In this document: positions 1 through 12,440 of the stretch, in pieces
Position numbering within the stretch: the stretch's first letter is position 1
Layout: every line of letters begins with the position of its first letter
Assembly: GCF_964204645.1 (NCBI RefSeq)
Contig: NC_134030.1
Location: 16,802,110-16,866,109, forward strand
Length of the DNA stretch: 64,000 bases
From: Tubulanus polymorphus
Lineage: Eukaryota > Animalia > Nemertea
Reading direction: 5' to 3'
Translations under genes and position numbers: made by a program
The notes under the pieces: generated by a model
Database searches by the model: none
Seen by the model: the letters and a program-made list of their open reading frames with translations, nothing else
Told to the model about the DNA's origin: nothing

Positions 1-500
1 ACATTCAGTCGGATTTCAAAGTAACTTCGACGGTATTGCATCGGACTATCAATCTAATAGAGTTCAAAATTAATGATCAGGTCGACACTGAAAATTCGTT
101 ACATTTGATTTTATATCAAATCAAACTTTTGAAAATTTGTAATGGATTTCTACCTTCTTGCGAAAAATGTACATCGACCGACACTTCTTATAAAAGCATG
201 ATTGATAAAACCCGATTAAGATCAATGAATTGTCGCATAATTCATTCGGACGTCAATACAAATTGTTCAACATGTAAATATTGTAAATACTACATGCTCA
301 CTCAAAATGCTTTAAAAAAGACTTAGGCCTACTGGAATTAAGTGAAAAAGATAGCAATGACCTGATCAAGTTGCTGGACGACTTTTTGGAAAAAGTTCCT
401 GACAATGAAGAACTGAAACTGTTCTTACGTGTCCAAAATGACAGTTTATCGTACCAAGACAAAAGACAGTGGAAATGGAAGTAAGTTCATACCACCGTTA

Positions 501-660
501 GGGATCATTCATTTATTACGTATGGCTAAAATTAGAATTTTTCAACCCCCCTCCCCCTCTACGTAAAATCGGCCATTTATTCATATACATTAAGCATCAC
601 AGTACACAATTGCACTGACCCCCCTTCCCCTAATGTGTACGTAATAAATGAATGACCCCC
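501..660. mobile_element. Tourist/PIF-Harbinger-like MITE (~160 bp)
   Basis: TIRs gggatcattcatttattacgta / tacgtaataaatgaatgaccc; preceded by TTA; further copies at 967-1307, 1095-1260 and a partial copy at ~3128-3244. Confidence 0.8.
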
Positions 661-966
661 TAGCCCTAAGTGGGCTTTAAAAAATTAGTATCCTTTCTCA
701 ATAATGACCTAAAAACCCTCACTTGCCAGGGTTTGATTTCCTCCCGCCAAAGCTCATTCATGCCAACATTAACCGAGGCCCCAGTTCCTGCATGAATCTT
801 TTACATGGCACTGATTTCTTGGGCAGAAAAGTTGGAACTTGACTACCACCAGTCTATATATCTAGCCAATTAGATACATTGTTTGTATCGAGCCAATTTG
901 ATAGTTTGATAAATTGTCCCTCTCATAAGATCATATAAAGTGCCGCAGCACTAGCTTGATTAGTTG

Positions 967-1307
967 GGGATCATTCATTTATTACGTACGCATAAAATAT
1001 GAATTTTTCAACCCCAGGCCCTCCCCCATGTATGCAAAATCGGCTATTTTTTCATATGCATTAAGCATTACAGTGACATGCAAATTTGCACTTAGGGGTC
1101 ATTCATTTATTACGTACGCATTAGGGGAGGGGGAAGGGGTCAGTGCAATTGCGTACTGTAATGCTTAATGTATATGAAAAAATGGCCGATTTTGCGTACA
1201 GAGGGGGAGGGGGGGTAAAAAAATTCAAATTTTATGCGTACGTAATAAATGAATGATCCCTTACGTCTCCCCCTCCCCTATTGCGTACGTAATAAATGAA
1301 TAAGCCC
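967..1307. mobile_element. Tourist-like MITE interrupted by another copy of itself
   Basis: Same TIRs as 501-660; ends ...aataaatgaataagccc then TTA. Confidence 0.75.
1095..1260. mobile_element. Nested Tourist-like MITE, opposite orientation, TTA target-site duplication
   Basis: TTA at 1092-1094 and 1261-1263 flank TIRs ggggtcattcatttattacgtacgca / tgcgtacgtaataaatgaatgatccc. Confidence 0.85.
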
Positions 1308-2189
1308 TTAGCAATTGGAAATCAGAAGCCAGAGTTTGCCATAAACTTTAGTGGCAGGATGCATTCGATTGACTAAGTATATAGACTGGTAGCCACTCAG
1401 CGGCAATTTGTCTCCCTAAGAAATATTGGATAGTGTAATAGACTGATGAATGATCTGCAGCCACAGTTAGTGTGGGCATGATCTTCATCAGCAGGCAATA
1501 AAACCCTGGCAAGCCAGGATATCATATATGCAGGTACCAATCTTTTGCCTGTACTTTAAGGCTGGCTTATGTCAACAACCCACGCAACTGAGAGCAACCG
1601 CGATCGCAGCCCTGCTTATGTTGACTGTGCTCCGATTCGTAGCAACTGATAGGATTTCGGGATAGGATTTCCTCCCAGTTGCTTTCCTGCTTATGTCGGT
1701 TACGATTACTGGCAACTGCAATGGCTCAGATGGTCACGTGATAAGCATTTTGAGAATAGATTTGAATTATTGGGAAATATGTTTCTATTAGAAAAGCTAT
1801 TTCTTTAAGATCTTTATCTTTCTGATTCTGTTTTTAATACGATGTGCTAGCAACATCATATAAAGATGGCCTCTTACATCATAATTCTGCCAATTTCGTT
1901 TCTAGATCTTCGGTCCAGTCATCTGCCGTGCTGAAGGTTTGGTTTATATTTTGAACTACTTGAATTTGAAAGTTTATGACTAATTACGAATGGCGCTAAC
2001 TAGCGGTCATAATTTGTACTATGTATATGCGATCTCTCATTGGCTTGAACCCCTGCGCTCCGTTTTGTCGCGTCGCAGATGAGCGTATGTCGATTGCGAT
2101 CGAAAGCAACTGTCTGCCTACCGTCGGTAGGCGTCGGGTTGCCGTCGCAAGCCGGCCTCTCGTAGGCCGCTTGTAGTTCGTCAAGATTC

Positions 2190-2527
2190 ACTAAAATTGA
2201 TGATAAACAAAAATATAAAATATGACCAGTTTATTTTACGTCCAGAGGTAGAATGCATTTTACAATGTAATAGATATGATAGGTGTACATAATTTTTTGA
2301 ATATGATAGAACTATAGATGATTAACATGAAGGATGAATGATTATGATATAGTGAATCTAAATGAGTCAAATACAGTAAAGTTTATCTAGGCCTATATTA
2401 TGATGTTTTAGTTAAATACAATATACAAAATACATAGTTGAAACATGCAAAGACTGACTTACCTAAAATTGATGATAAACAAATATATAAAATATGACCA
2501 GTTTATTTTACGTCAAGAGGTAGAATG
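2190..2527. repeat. Dispersed ~65-bp direct repeat (2190-2255 and 2463-2527)
   Basis: ctaaaattgatgataaacaa...tatgaccagtttattttacgtc.agaggtagaatg occurs twice. Confidence 0.7.
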
Positions 2528-3320
2528 ACCTAACCCGAGCCAAACCACAGGAAGATGATTTAGGCCACTCCCCCAAGATGACTGGTTTCGAGGTAGATTA
2601 TAATACATCCTAAAATATCACCCGGTAAATGTATGAAAACATTGAAAACCTGTAATGTTACTTTTCAGGTGACGTACCTGTTTATGGATGGAGCGCAATG
2701 TAATCACACATTGATGAAAATGATGCTCCCTATTGAGGGAAAGTTTGCGGCTATAAATCCTTTCGGACATAAGCCCCTTGTTCTTCTAATGGACCCATCG
2801 GTAAGGGCTGTAAATTAAAGAAAAAAAAATTAACTTTTATCTGGATAAATGAAACAAGTTATTTACTAGGGTATTTACCAGTTTTCACTGCTCTCTCACC
2901 TGAGGGGATTTCGAGTACTAATAACGGTGTTATTTATTTACCCTAGCATCTGTTTAGAAAGATCTGCAACAATCTTCTGAAAGGTGGTCATCAAAAATAC
3001 CACACTACAACATTAGTAGCAACATTGTTTACTAGAGAATATAGTTACAGTCACTGGTTTTATGAACACTAACATATAGATAATCATTGAATAGGTTTAT
3101 GACATGTTTAAGAGACTAGTGTAATAATTGCAATTGCGTACTGTAATGCTCAATGTATATGAAAATGGCTGATTTTGCGTACAGAGGGGAAGGGGGGTTT
3201 GAAAACTTCAAATTTTTTGCTTACGTAATAAATGAATGATTCCATAGCAAAACTTATTTCCATTTACAATCAATCTTGTTTACATTTCAGACTTATCACA
3301 TTTTGTCTCAGACTTTGGTG

Positions 3321-4988
3321 TCAATCGCCTCCATTCACAGTGACTACGCTGCCTTCTTCCTCAAAAAAGTATGGCCCGATAATGTTGGATGACCCAAGAG
3401 CACACCAGACAGTACACTTGGTGACGTGAGGCGGCTTCTCAGCAATCAAATGGGGATTCGCAGAACCCCAATATCTGTAGTTCTGACTGTTGACTTGACC
3501 AGTGAGATAGAAATGGGCTTCATCACGCAAAAACCATAAAGTTCCCCAAGTCTCTGTTTATAACGCATGCGCATTAGGAAGTGTTGGGGAAATCCTCTAA
3601 GTCCAGAAATTGGTCGCGTGCGCATGCGTCGCTACATGTGTATTTTTTCCTAAACTGGGTCATGTCAGAACGCTGAAACATAGAACTATAACGGAATGAA
3701 CCTGCGTGAACTTTTGCGCAGCGGGAAGGCGCAGTTTGTTTGGTCACTTAAGACTCTTCATGATCCTCTTAGAGGATCATTTGTATTTTTGGGAATGACA
3801 GGTGTTCAAGTGGTCTTGCCATAAGCTAAAAATCTAAGATATATATCGGTATATTATAAAGGATGAATGTATTTTTCTGCTACACATTCGGGATTCGAAC
3901 CTAATAGCACTTAAAAGTAAATCCTGGGGCTATCAAAGTTCATTATTTCATATTCGGGATGCTATCACTTTTTTACTCGGCAAACAATAACCCAGTGACA
4001 CTTTAATCATCAAAGTTCATGTCGTAATGCTTGAAATACGATCAGTAATTTTCGGGTTTCGAATCTGATAGCGCCGCTTGATGAAGATGAACCAGCGTAA
4101 ATAAGATCAATATTTTTACGGGATTCGAACCTAATGGAAACTACAGCGACTATTAGTCATTAAAGGTTACATGTAGCTCACATGTAGTGCCGCATGCGCA
4201 ATGTGCCGATTTCTCGACTTAGAGCAATTCCAGCACTGACTAATGCGTATGCGTTTGGTAGAAACGGAGACTTGGGAAACTTTACGGTTTTTGCCTTCAT
4301 CACTAAACCAAATCTTCTGAAGCAATTCCGGTGATGCCTGCAGTTCTTGTGACATCCATCGCGCAAACTGACGTCTTAACACCTTGTCCTTATCTCTCAC
4401 TCGCTGACTGATTTGAATTTTGTATGGATAGAGAACCAGTTCATTGACCATAATTCTGTGGATTGATGATCTGCTTATTCCTGTTTCTGATGAAATTCTT
4501 CTAACAGATTCATAGGGGTCATCGTCCACTGCAACTGTAACTTTCTCAATAGATTCGCCTGAGGTAGAGTGTTTAGGTTTCCCATTCTTCTTTCTTTGGT
4601 CTTCAACTGATCGATTCTCTTCGAATTTCTTTATCAGGTCATACACTGCTTTTCTGGTCGGAGCTGTGTTAGTGTTAAACTTGACTTAAATCTTCTTAAC
4701 AACTTTGAGACAGATTTATTTTCATTCCACTAGAATACTATGTAAGTTTTTTCTTCCAGAGACATAGACATCGTTTAGTAGTGTTTTATTCTAATTCAGA
4801 AATGCCAAAAATCACTAAAACAATCTAATCAGTTGCAACGAAATCACTAAGCAAATTACCATAGCAACCATGGTAATAATCCAAAAGTACCCTTACCTTC
4901 TATCATTTGGTGGAAAATCGAAACATTTCATTAAGAAATGTCAAGGATACAGGCAGTTCTTTATGTATAGTAATTAATGGGACACCCT
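3321..4988 (-). mobile_element. Tc1/mariner-superfamily transposon, 3'-truncated, with an interrupted transposase pseudogene
   Basis: The 4167-4646 and 3321-3530 ORFs join to give HTH...KIWFSDE|AHFYLTGQVNSQNYRYWGSANP...VWCALG..IIGPYFFE; TA-CAGGGTGTCCCA terminus at ~4988 on the minus strand. Confidence 0.85.
3527..4294. mobile_element. Non-autonomous Mutator-like element, ~33-bp TIRs, 9-bp TSD
   Basis: TIRs gcaaaaaccataaagttccccaagtctc / gagacttgggaaactttacggtttttgc; TSD cttcatcac at 3518-3526 and 4295-4303. Confidence 0.8.
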
Positions 4989-5938
4989 GTATTAGCCTAT
5001 GCTCAAGCAGTTGAATCGTTGACTCACTTCCAGCGTATACATGTGCCAGTTTTTCCTTCCAGAAATCTGTAAGGAAACTTATCACTTCTTGAAATTCTAT
5101 CGGTAGATGTTTACATAGCTAAAATAAGATATGATAATGGTAGAAATTTCAACTAATAATATAATGCTGGTGTAAATGAAGAAAATCTTACCATTTTTGT
5201 TATAAATAACAAGGTCACGTAATTATAGCATGCTCTTGTCCGTAATCCAAGTACTTCACGCGTGGGCTTTGTTAAATTTTTGGATGATATTTTGTGCCCG
5301 ATCACTAATCAGGACATCGCACCGGGCAATCATCAAATCCATTGCCTGGTCCGGTCTTATAGTGAGGGCCTGGAGGCAATTGGGTCAGACACAATTTTTT
5401 CACATCGAAAAAAAGGAATGTAAATGGTTCTATCCGGTAGTCTGCAATGAAATAAGTATTTCATGGAATTATTTAAACTATACATGTAATAACCAATAAA
5501 CATATCATATATGTACAACAAAATTCATATCTTGCACTCTGTGCTGTCTCGAGATTCGTGGTTATGAGTACGCCTGCCTGCATGGATTGTTCCTCGGATG
5601 ATTTTGTCCCTGCATTCTTTCTGTCGAAAAATGCCACCGATACATTTTCTTGGAATTTTTGAGGATGAACAATCGTCATATCCTTTCGGCATGGTAGTGT
5701 TAGCTGCCTTTTGTAAAATGTATCCGGTTGAGGTGGCATTCAACAAAATGTGTATTGCGCCACAAATTGACTGTCCTGCTGTCATAGCTGTTGTTTTCCC
5801 TATAAAGAACATGAAAGCATTGAAAATAATCATAACATATGCTAATTAGCCATGTGCTCAAACTACAAATTTAATTCAATTTTATTCTGCAAAAAATATC
5901 AAATCCAATTCAATTTTACTTCATTGAACAAGGTCAAA

Positions 5939-6217
5939 TTGCAAATCCAATTCAATTTTGTTTTATTGAGCAAATTTTAGGAAATTCAATTCTATTCCGC
6001 ATTCAAATCAATAAGACCAAGAAAAAGATTCATCTGAGGTATTTGTTCCTACCAGCTCCAGGCGCTGTCTGTGCTACTTGATTTGCAATTCAATTTTGTT
6101 TTATTGAGCAAATTTTAGGAAATTCAATTCTATTCCGCATTCAAATCAATAAGACCAAGAAAAAGATTCATCTGAGGTATTTGTTCCTACCAGCTCCAGG
6201 CGCTGTCTGTGCTACTT
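5939..6217. repeat. ~138-bp tandem duplication
   Basis: caattcaattttgttttattgagc...gctgtctgtgctactt repeated twice; the upstream sequence (5837-5910) resembles 29332-29407. Confidence 0.85.
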
Positions 6218-7139
6218 ATGAAAACGCGATATTAGCCTGAGATTGACTAAGTCTATGGGCTGGGAGTGTATTTGGACAAATTTAACCCACAGAATGCATC
6301 ATCTGCCATTTTTGGTTCGATGAACTAGAACGTAAGCTATCGTCAAGTTGCAGTCATGAAGTCACGTGACAGGATCGGAAGATTTTTTTTTCAGATTGAG
6401 TGATACGCCTCAATGAAATAGGTCCACATACGTAATTCACTTGTCTTAAGAATATTATAATTATCTTGATAGATATCATCAAATACTCTGAATAATATCA
6501 TTTTCTAAAATCATGCGTAATGAACGCCGATTTAGCGGTTGGTTAAAACAAATCATTACATCTACTCGCGCATAAATACACCCTCAATGCTGAGCCTGTT
6601 AAAGCGCCAGTACCCGTACGTACAGCCATACACACGTTTATGCCGACACCGGCTTCCACTTCAAAAGTTAAGAACAAAATATTAGAAATGTTTGTGATCC
6701 GATTTACACCAAATAAACCTTTAAAGTAAGGTATTTAGCATCAGATATTGTGCCGAAAATTCTAGATTGATACACTACATAGTTTTTCAAGTAAGCGTAT
6801 CTTTAGTGTTAACCAATTATGTTGATTGGCAGGGAAGCTCAGCTGCGCGCCTAATTTTATCGATGACGTCAGATATAAACAATTCAAATTCAACTTCTTG
6901 GAACCCCAGGACTTTGAGGTCCTCTTGTCTGTAAAGCTGACAGGCTGGCCATAGTGCCCCTTGGGGCTCTTGTCTGTAAATAAAAATAATGATCTAATGA
7001 CACACGGCACAGAAAAAAGGTGCAGAATATACAAGCGACAAGGTTATGAAATTGAAAAAGTAATGAAAACAAAAAAATTATAAGTACATGTAGGTTTGTC
7101 GACCTGAAAAGATTTGTTAAATCTCACCACAAGGGTTTT

Positions 7140-8699
7140 CCCTCTCCATTTCTAATCTCAAGTCCTTTAGAGACTGAAGTACCCAGTATTCCGTCAATGG
7201 TCTTCCTAAATATGTGTGGTCATGTACAGCAGATTTCAAGTCAGCAGGCGGGTACATGTATCGCATTGGAATATCTTTGCCTGTCTTTCCTAAGTAGTTG
7301 AGCGTTATGTTTCTTACATGATCTTGATAAGCTGGATTGTTTCTCAGAAATGCTAGACGTGGATCGTCGAAATTTCGTTTCTTATTTGATGGTAAATTTT
7401 CTGATTAATAGGAGAGCCTGAAACATGTAGGGAGTAATACTCAATCTCAAATTTTTTTTTAAATATAGTTTGTCTAAAATAGATTAATTGAAAATATTCT
7501 TACCATCATAAGACTTTGAAGGCTTGTGGAATGACTTCAAAGTCTCTGTGCAACTTCTGCCGACAAATAAGTCACCACTCTCGGTTAGATTTACTACGAC
7601 TAAAAGCACTGTGGCTACATGCTTGCAGGTTCCATGAGGTCCCCTTCCAGCCGGACACTCGCAGTCACTATTCAAGACTTCACCGTTTGGTTTGACTTTT
7701 ACTTTCACAGAGTATGAAACCTGAAATTAATTTCGAAATTATGAGTATTCGCCGTACAAAGATAAACTGTTTCTGCTACAGAAATAGATAATTAAATTCA
7801 TTCTTTTCTCTACGGATAGACAATTTAATTCTAATGATCATAATATTATAAGAGGAAATTATAATTTCATTTGAAATAAAAATATAGGCTTTGATCAATA
7901 CAATACTGTTATCAGAATTCATTAATATAATAATACATAATACCTATAGTATTCAAAGGAACCTACCTTTTTTTCATAGCTGCCCTGACAATAGCAGTGA
8001 AAAATATGCCAACATCCAGGGAAATGTAACTGCAGGCTTCAACTCTATTTGATTCTAGCATTAATCTGGCCTTCTCCATGGCTTTATTGTCACCTGTCAT
8101 CTCCCTGTCAGTGGCCAGTCTAAACTTGAAATATCCACGAATCTGATCATCAGTAATTTTAGGCAGGATGTTTCTATGGTCTCTCGACAGCTGCTTAAAG
8201 CCTGTAACATCTTCTGGCCAATTCGGTAGAAGTTCTCTGGGTATGATGATTGCTTCGTTTTGAAAGTTTTCATTGCAATCATAAGCTTCCAGCCTGAAAA
8301 CAACCAGATAATGCTTAAGTAAATATGACCGGGAGGTGCTGCCACCAGTTTTACATAACTCATGCTCCCTGTTCCAGGAAAAGAGATGGCGAGATCCGTA
8401 GGGATTCTAGGAAATGAAAACTAACATGCTACGTATATCGTTTAAGTTTGTGTTTTTATCGAATTAGCAGTGAAAATGGATTATTTCTAGGATAGTATGA
8501 CACTTGAGCGGTAGGGTACTTATCTTACCTTTCAATCAAATCAGATTTACGACCAGTTGTCTTTGTTCCCCTCTTCTGCAACTTAACTTTAAGTTCATTT
8601 ACATTTTTATTTTCATATCTGGCCGCCATTGTTTAGAGTAATGAGCACCTCTCCCGACTCGCGCGCCATCTATCCATGAGCGTCTAAATGGCGAACCTC
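7140..8699 (-). mobile_element. Truncated ISL2EU (PHIS) element: spliced SAP-SWIM accessory gene, YqaJ part missing
   Basis: SAP-like exon from ATG 8629 (MAARYENKNVNELKVKLQKRG..TGRKSDLIER); SWIM CECPAGRGPHGTCKH at 7484-7708; GT-AG introns; terminus CCTC|AT at 8696-8701, as in the 12316-16354 element. Confidence 0.75.
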
Positions 8700-8896
8700 A
8701 TTGGAATAAGTTTTTTTATTTCTATGACTGTTATATTTGTTGTTAATTAAATCTTTATCTCGTGCTTACCCGCCCGAAGTATAAATGTTTAAGTCCTTTT
8801 AAACCTTGCTGCTCGATTGCTATGTAATTTGTAAAATCGATCACGAGTTCATAATAATGTCCACTGGTCTTCCAACAATTCCAATCTTCTCCAAAG

Positions 8897-10811
8897 CTAC
8901 CCGCACTCCAGGCATGCCATCAATGTTAGTTTGTTGTGTAGAGGATGAAGGCACTGCGGGTTTCCCGGTTGTAGTAATACATTCCTGCCCGGTTGGATCA
9001 CGTATGGCCGGCCCTTCACGATTTCCATCACGCTCGCATACCAGCTCTGAGTTGGCCAATTCGGTACGATGAGAATTCCCTGAGCTTGAGCCTGGCAGAT
9101 TTTTTGCACACATCTGCCGATGAGACTGAAAGGAGGGAATGCATAGAATATACAATCAGTTCACGAGACTGTGAGTGCATCAATTGCACAAGCCCCCGGA
9201 TCGGGGTGCCATGAAATGTATCTGGGGATCTGACAGTTAAGTCTAGAGGCAAATAGATCAACATCTGGGATACATGAATTCTTGAAATAATCAGTGATCT
9301 TCTTAAAAAGCTCTTTGTTTAACATCCATTCAGTTTCGTTTTGGAATTCCCGACTATGCCTATCAGCTATAGTATTATCTACACCCGGCACGTGAGCCAC
9401 ACTTAGCCAAATATTTCTGTCTATAGCCCAATGCCATATTTCGCGGGCTATTTAGTCACAGTTTCCAGCATGGCAGCCACCCATGGACCGGATGTAACTA
9501 ACACATGTTTGATTATCAGTCATCACTCTGACGTGAGAATTACTAACTTTCCCACACAAGGCTTTCAAACCAAAGAACGCTGCTAACATTTCAAGATAAT
9601 TAATGTGGCATTTAGCCTCAGCAACAGTCCATTTGCCTCCCCCAGACATTTCCTCGTTTCCGTGCATGGTGTAACCATAACCAGCTGTTGAAGCGTCAGT
9701 ATAGATCGTAAACTGAGGGTCCCCATGAGAGATTTGTTTACTAGAAACCAACACATTGTCAACCCACCACTTCAGTTCTATTTTAGCGTGGTCTGACAAC
9801 TGCATTCGGGCTTCGAAGTTGCCGCGATTTTGATTTAGTGCTCGCGTTTTCTCCCTATCAAGGGTTCTATAATGTAGTTTCCCATATTCTACCCAGGGAG
9901 TGCCGACACAAGAGAACCAATTACCTCCGCCACTGATCTAATAGTTTGCTCTGTTTTTTTGGATAGCTTATGCACACATTTGCCTGATTTTTTCCCCTTT
10001 CTTCTGTGTGAGCTTTACTGACATAGAGATAGAATTAAGCAAAACCCAGTGTCTCAATTGAGGTATTAGGTTCCAAGCAAGATTTGACTGGGTGGACAAC
10101 AAATCCCAATTTATTCAGTAAGTCTACCGTTTTCTGTACATTGGCTCTACATTCAGTAAGGGTTTTTCCCTGAATGTATAAGTCGTCGATGTAAATGACG
10201 ATAAGTACTCCATCCTTCCTCAACACTGCAATCATAGGTTTCATGAGTTTTGTAAATATGCGCGGTGCTGAGGAAATGCCATTAGCAAAGCAAGTAAACT
10301 GGTAGGGTTGGTTGTCCCATACAAATTTCAGGAGTTTCTTGTGCCCTTGGGCTATAGGGATCGAGTAGTATGCATCTTTAATATCCAGCGATGCCATGTA
10401 GCACCCTGGCCGCATCATTTGAATGATGGTTTCAAGCCCCTCCATTTTAAAATGATGGTATTCAATATAGTCGTTAAGTTTAGAGAGGTTAAGAATCATA
10501 CGGAATTGCCCATCTGGCTTCGGTCGTACAAATATGTTTGACAAGAACTCGCCTTGCTCATGGCAGCAAATCTCTAAGACACCTTTAGTCTGCAGTTTAG
10601 CAACTTCCGAATCTATGACGGTTTCTTCTTTATTATTACATTTAATCCCCTTAGGGGCTCTACGCATGGGTAGGGCTGTTAATTCAAGTTTATAGCCGTT
10701 TTTGATGATTTCTAGAATAAAGGGGTCTGAAGTGATATTCCGCCAATTTTCTAGGCACTTTGTAACGCCACCTGCTTTAAATGCCTGAACGTTCTTTACT
10801 GCCATTTGCAA
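8897..10811 (-). pseudogene. DIRS pol: RT / RNase H / DNA N6-adenine methyltransferase-like domain
   Basis: LDIKDAYY, GISSAPRIFTK, YIDD; YTDASTAGYG, HINYLEM, TDN, HVPGVDNTIAD; DLFASRLN, VPNWPTQSWY. Confidence 0.9.
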
Positions 10812-10860
10812 GGTGTTCGTAACGAGTCATAAGAATCTGATATTTCACTTACCAAGGGTT

Positions 10861-11951
10861 TTATACCTGCTGGTCGTCCACTTTGGGCTTCTTTGACATT
10901 TTCTGCTGATAATGCTGGGATTTTCCCCGTTTTCCTTTCTGATACGGATAGCGTTGTTGTTGGTATCCGCTGCCGCGATAGTGTGTTGTACTGACCGTTG
11001 TACTGGGGCCCCGACCTCGCCAGTTTTTTGAGTCAACAGTTTTTGTTGGTTCTGCTGGGGAGGTATAGCTGGCTTCCTTACTAATATCATCCGACTGTCT
11101 GACGTCTTTCAACAGTTTTGCCAGATCATCCCCAAAAAGCCACTTCGTGACTTCGACGTTCTCGTCACAGAGTCTAGAGGCGAATTGTCTTTTCAACACT
11201 GGCCTAATTAATTCTCTCCTTCTCAGGGATAATTCATGAACGCTATGTCCTATCAATCCCAGACAGTCGGTCAGCATAGGTATAGGTATAACGGATGCGA
11301 CATGTTTCCCATTAATCAACTGGTCAGTGGGTCAGTAGCTTGAGCTACTGCCGAGCCTGCTTTAATAAGAGCGGCCTGGTTTGCTGATACCGCGAGGTCC
11401 GAGCCCCTCTTGTACTTATCTAATAATTGCCAGATTTCGGCATTGACCCTTGGCACTATCATGTTGCTACAGTTTTCGGGTCTTAAGTATTCTTAATTTT
11501 TAACTGTTTCCTTGGGCATACTCTTGCCGAATCTCCGATTCGCGACCTTGGCCACTTTAGGTTCAAATGACGGCCCATAGGCCTCGTCGTCAGATCCTTG
11601 ATCATCGATACTATCGAGAAGTGTTTGTTTGTCTGTGGGAGCTTGGTGTAATTTAGCCACCAGGTCCCTCACATCCACATCGTCCTCGTCACTTTGAGGT
11701 TCTTTCTCCTCCTCTGACATGTCGTGGTGGGGTTTTACCCCTGAGTTTGGCTTTCGCCTTTTGTTGGGATTTACCCTAGAATCACCTTTCGGTGGTTTTT
11801 GCGCATCTAGCGCCTGTTTAATCGCTTCCGCTATGAAGCCTTTCAGGTCATTATTAAGACTGGAGGAGGACCCAGGTCCTACCTCATCCACCGTTGTCGA
11901 CTGGTCAAGAGTTAACTCGTCACCAGATCTTTCATCACCAGCCGTATTCAT
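10861..11951 (-). pseudogene. DIRS gag-like ORF1 (frameshifted)
   Basis: ELSLRRRELIRP...WLFGDDL motif typical of DIRS gag, directly upstream of RT. Confidence 0.7.
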
Positions 11952-12440
11952 GATAATGGTGGGAACAAAGTTCAGAATAACAATTATATCCAACGAAAAA
12001 TAAAAGTAATCCAAGCGATATACACAATAATATCCAATCGTCAACGTTTGGTTTTAATCCAAGAGTCAAAGTTTTTAAAAATAAATCCGATTAAATAAAA
12101 TATGAGTAAAAGCACACTGTGATATGGGTAAGCACACTGTGATATGGGTAAGTATACACAAAATAGCGCAGTAACATGAAAGTGCGTGTAACCGATCTAC
12201 AAGATAGAAGCACACTGATCTACAGATGGCTTCACGGATCTCATGTTACACGGAGTGAGGAGATTGATGGGGAGATAGAATCGCCAATTCTAAAAAGGTA
12301 CTGAGAAAATCCAATGAGGTTCCGGCGGAACTAATACCACTCGCGGCGCCACAGTACAGTACGACATCCGGTCTTCCCGTTGATAAAGAAAACTTGCTGA
12401 TTTACTATCTTTTTAATCGTCACTTATCATCAAAATAAAC

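Larger units (their letters stand above)
720..1515. mobile_element. Older MITE with degenerate long inverted arms, hosting nested MITEs
   Basis: cttgccagggttt (~722) vs aaaccctggcaag (~1501); ccagtctatat (~849) vs atatagactgg (~1379). Confidence 0.5.
8702..12313 (-). mobile_element. DIRS-type tyrosine-recombinase retrotransposon, decayed, YR largely missing
   Basis: Gene order gag-like, RT, RNase H, methyltransferase-like domain, then the probable start of the YR ORF; many stops and frameshifts. Confidence 0.85.
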
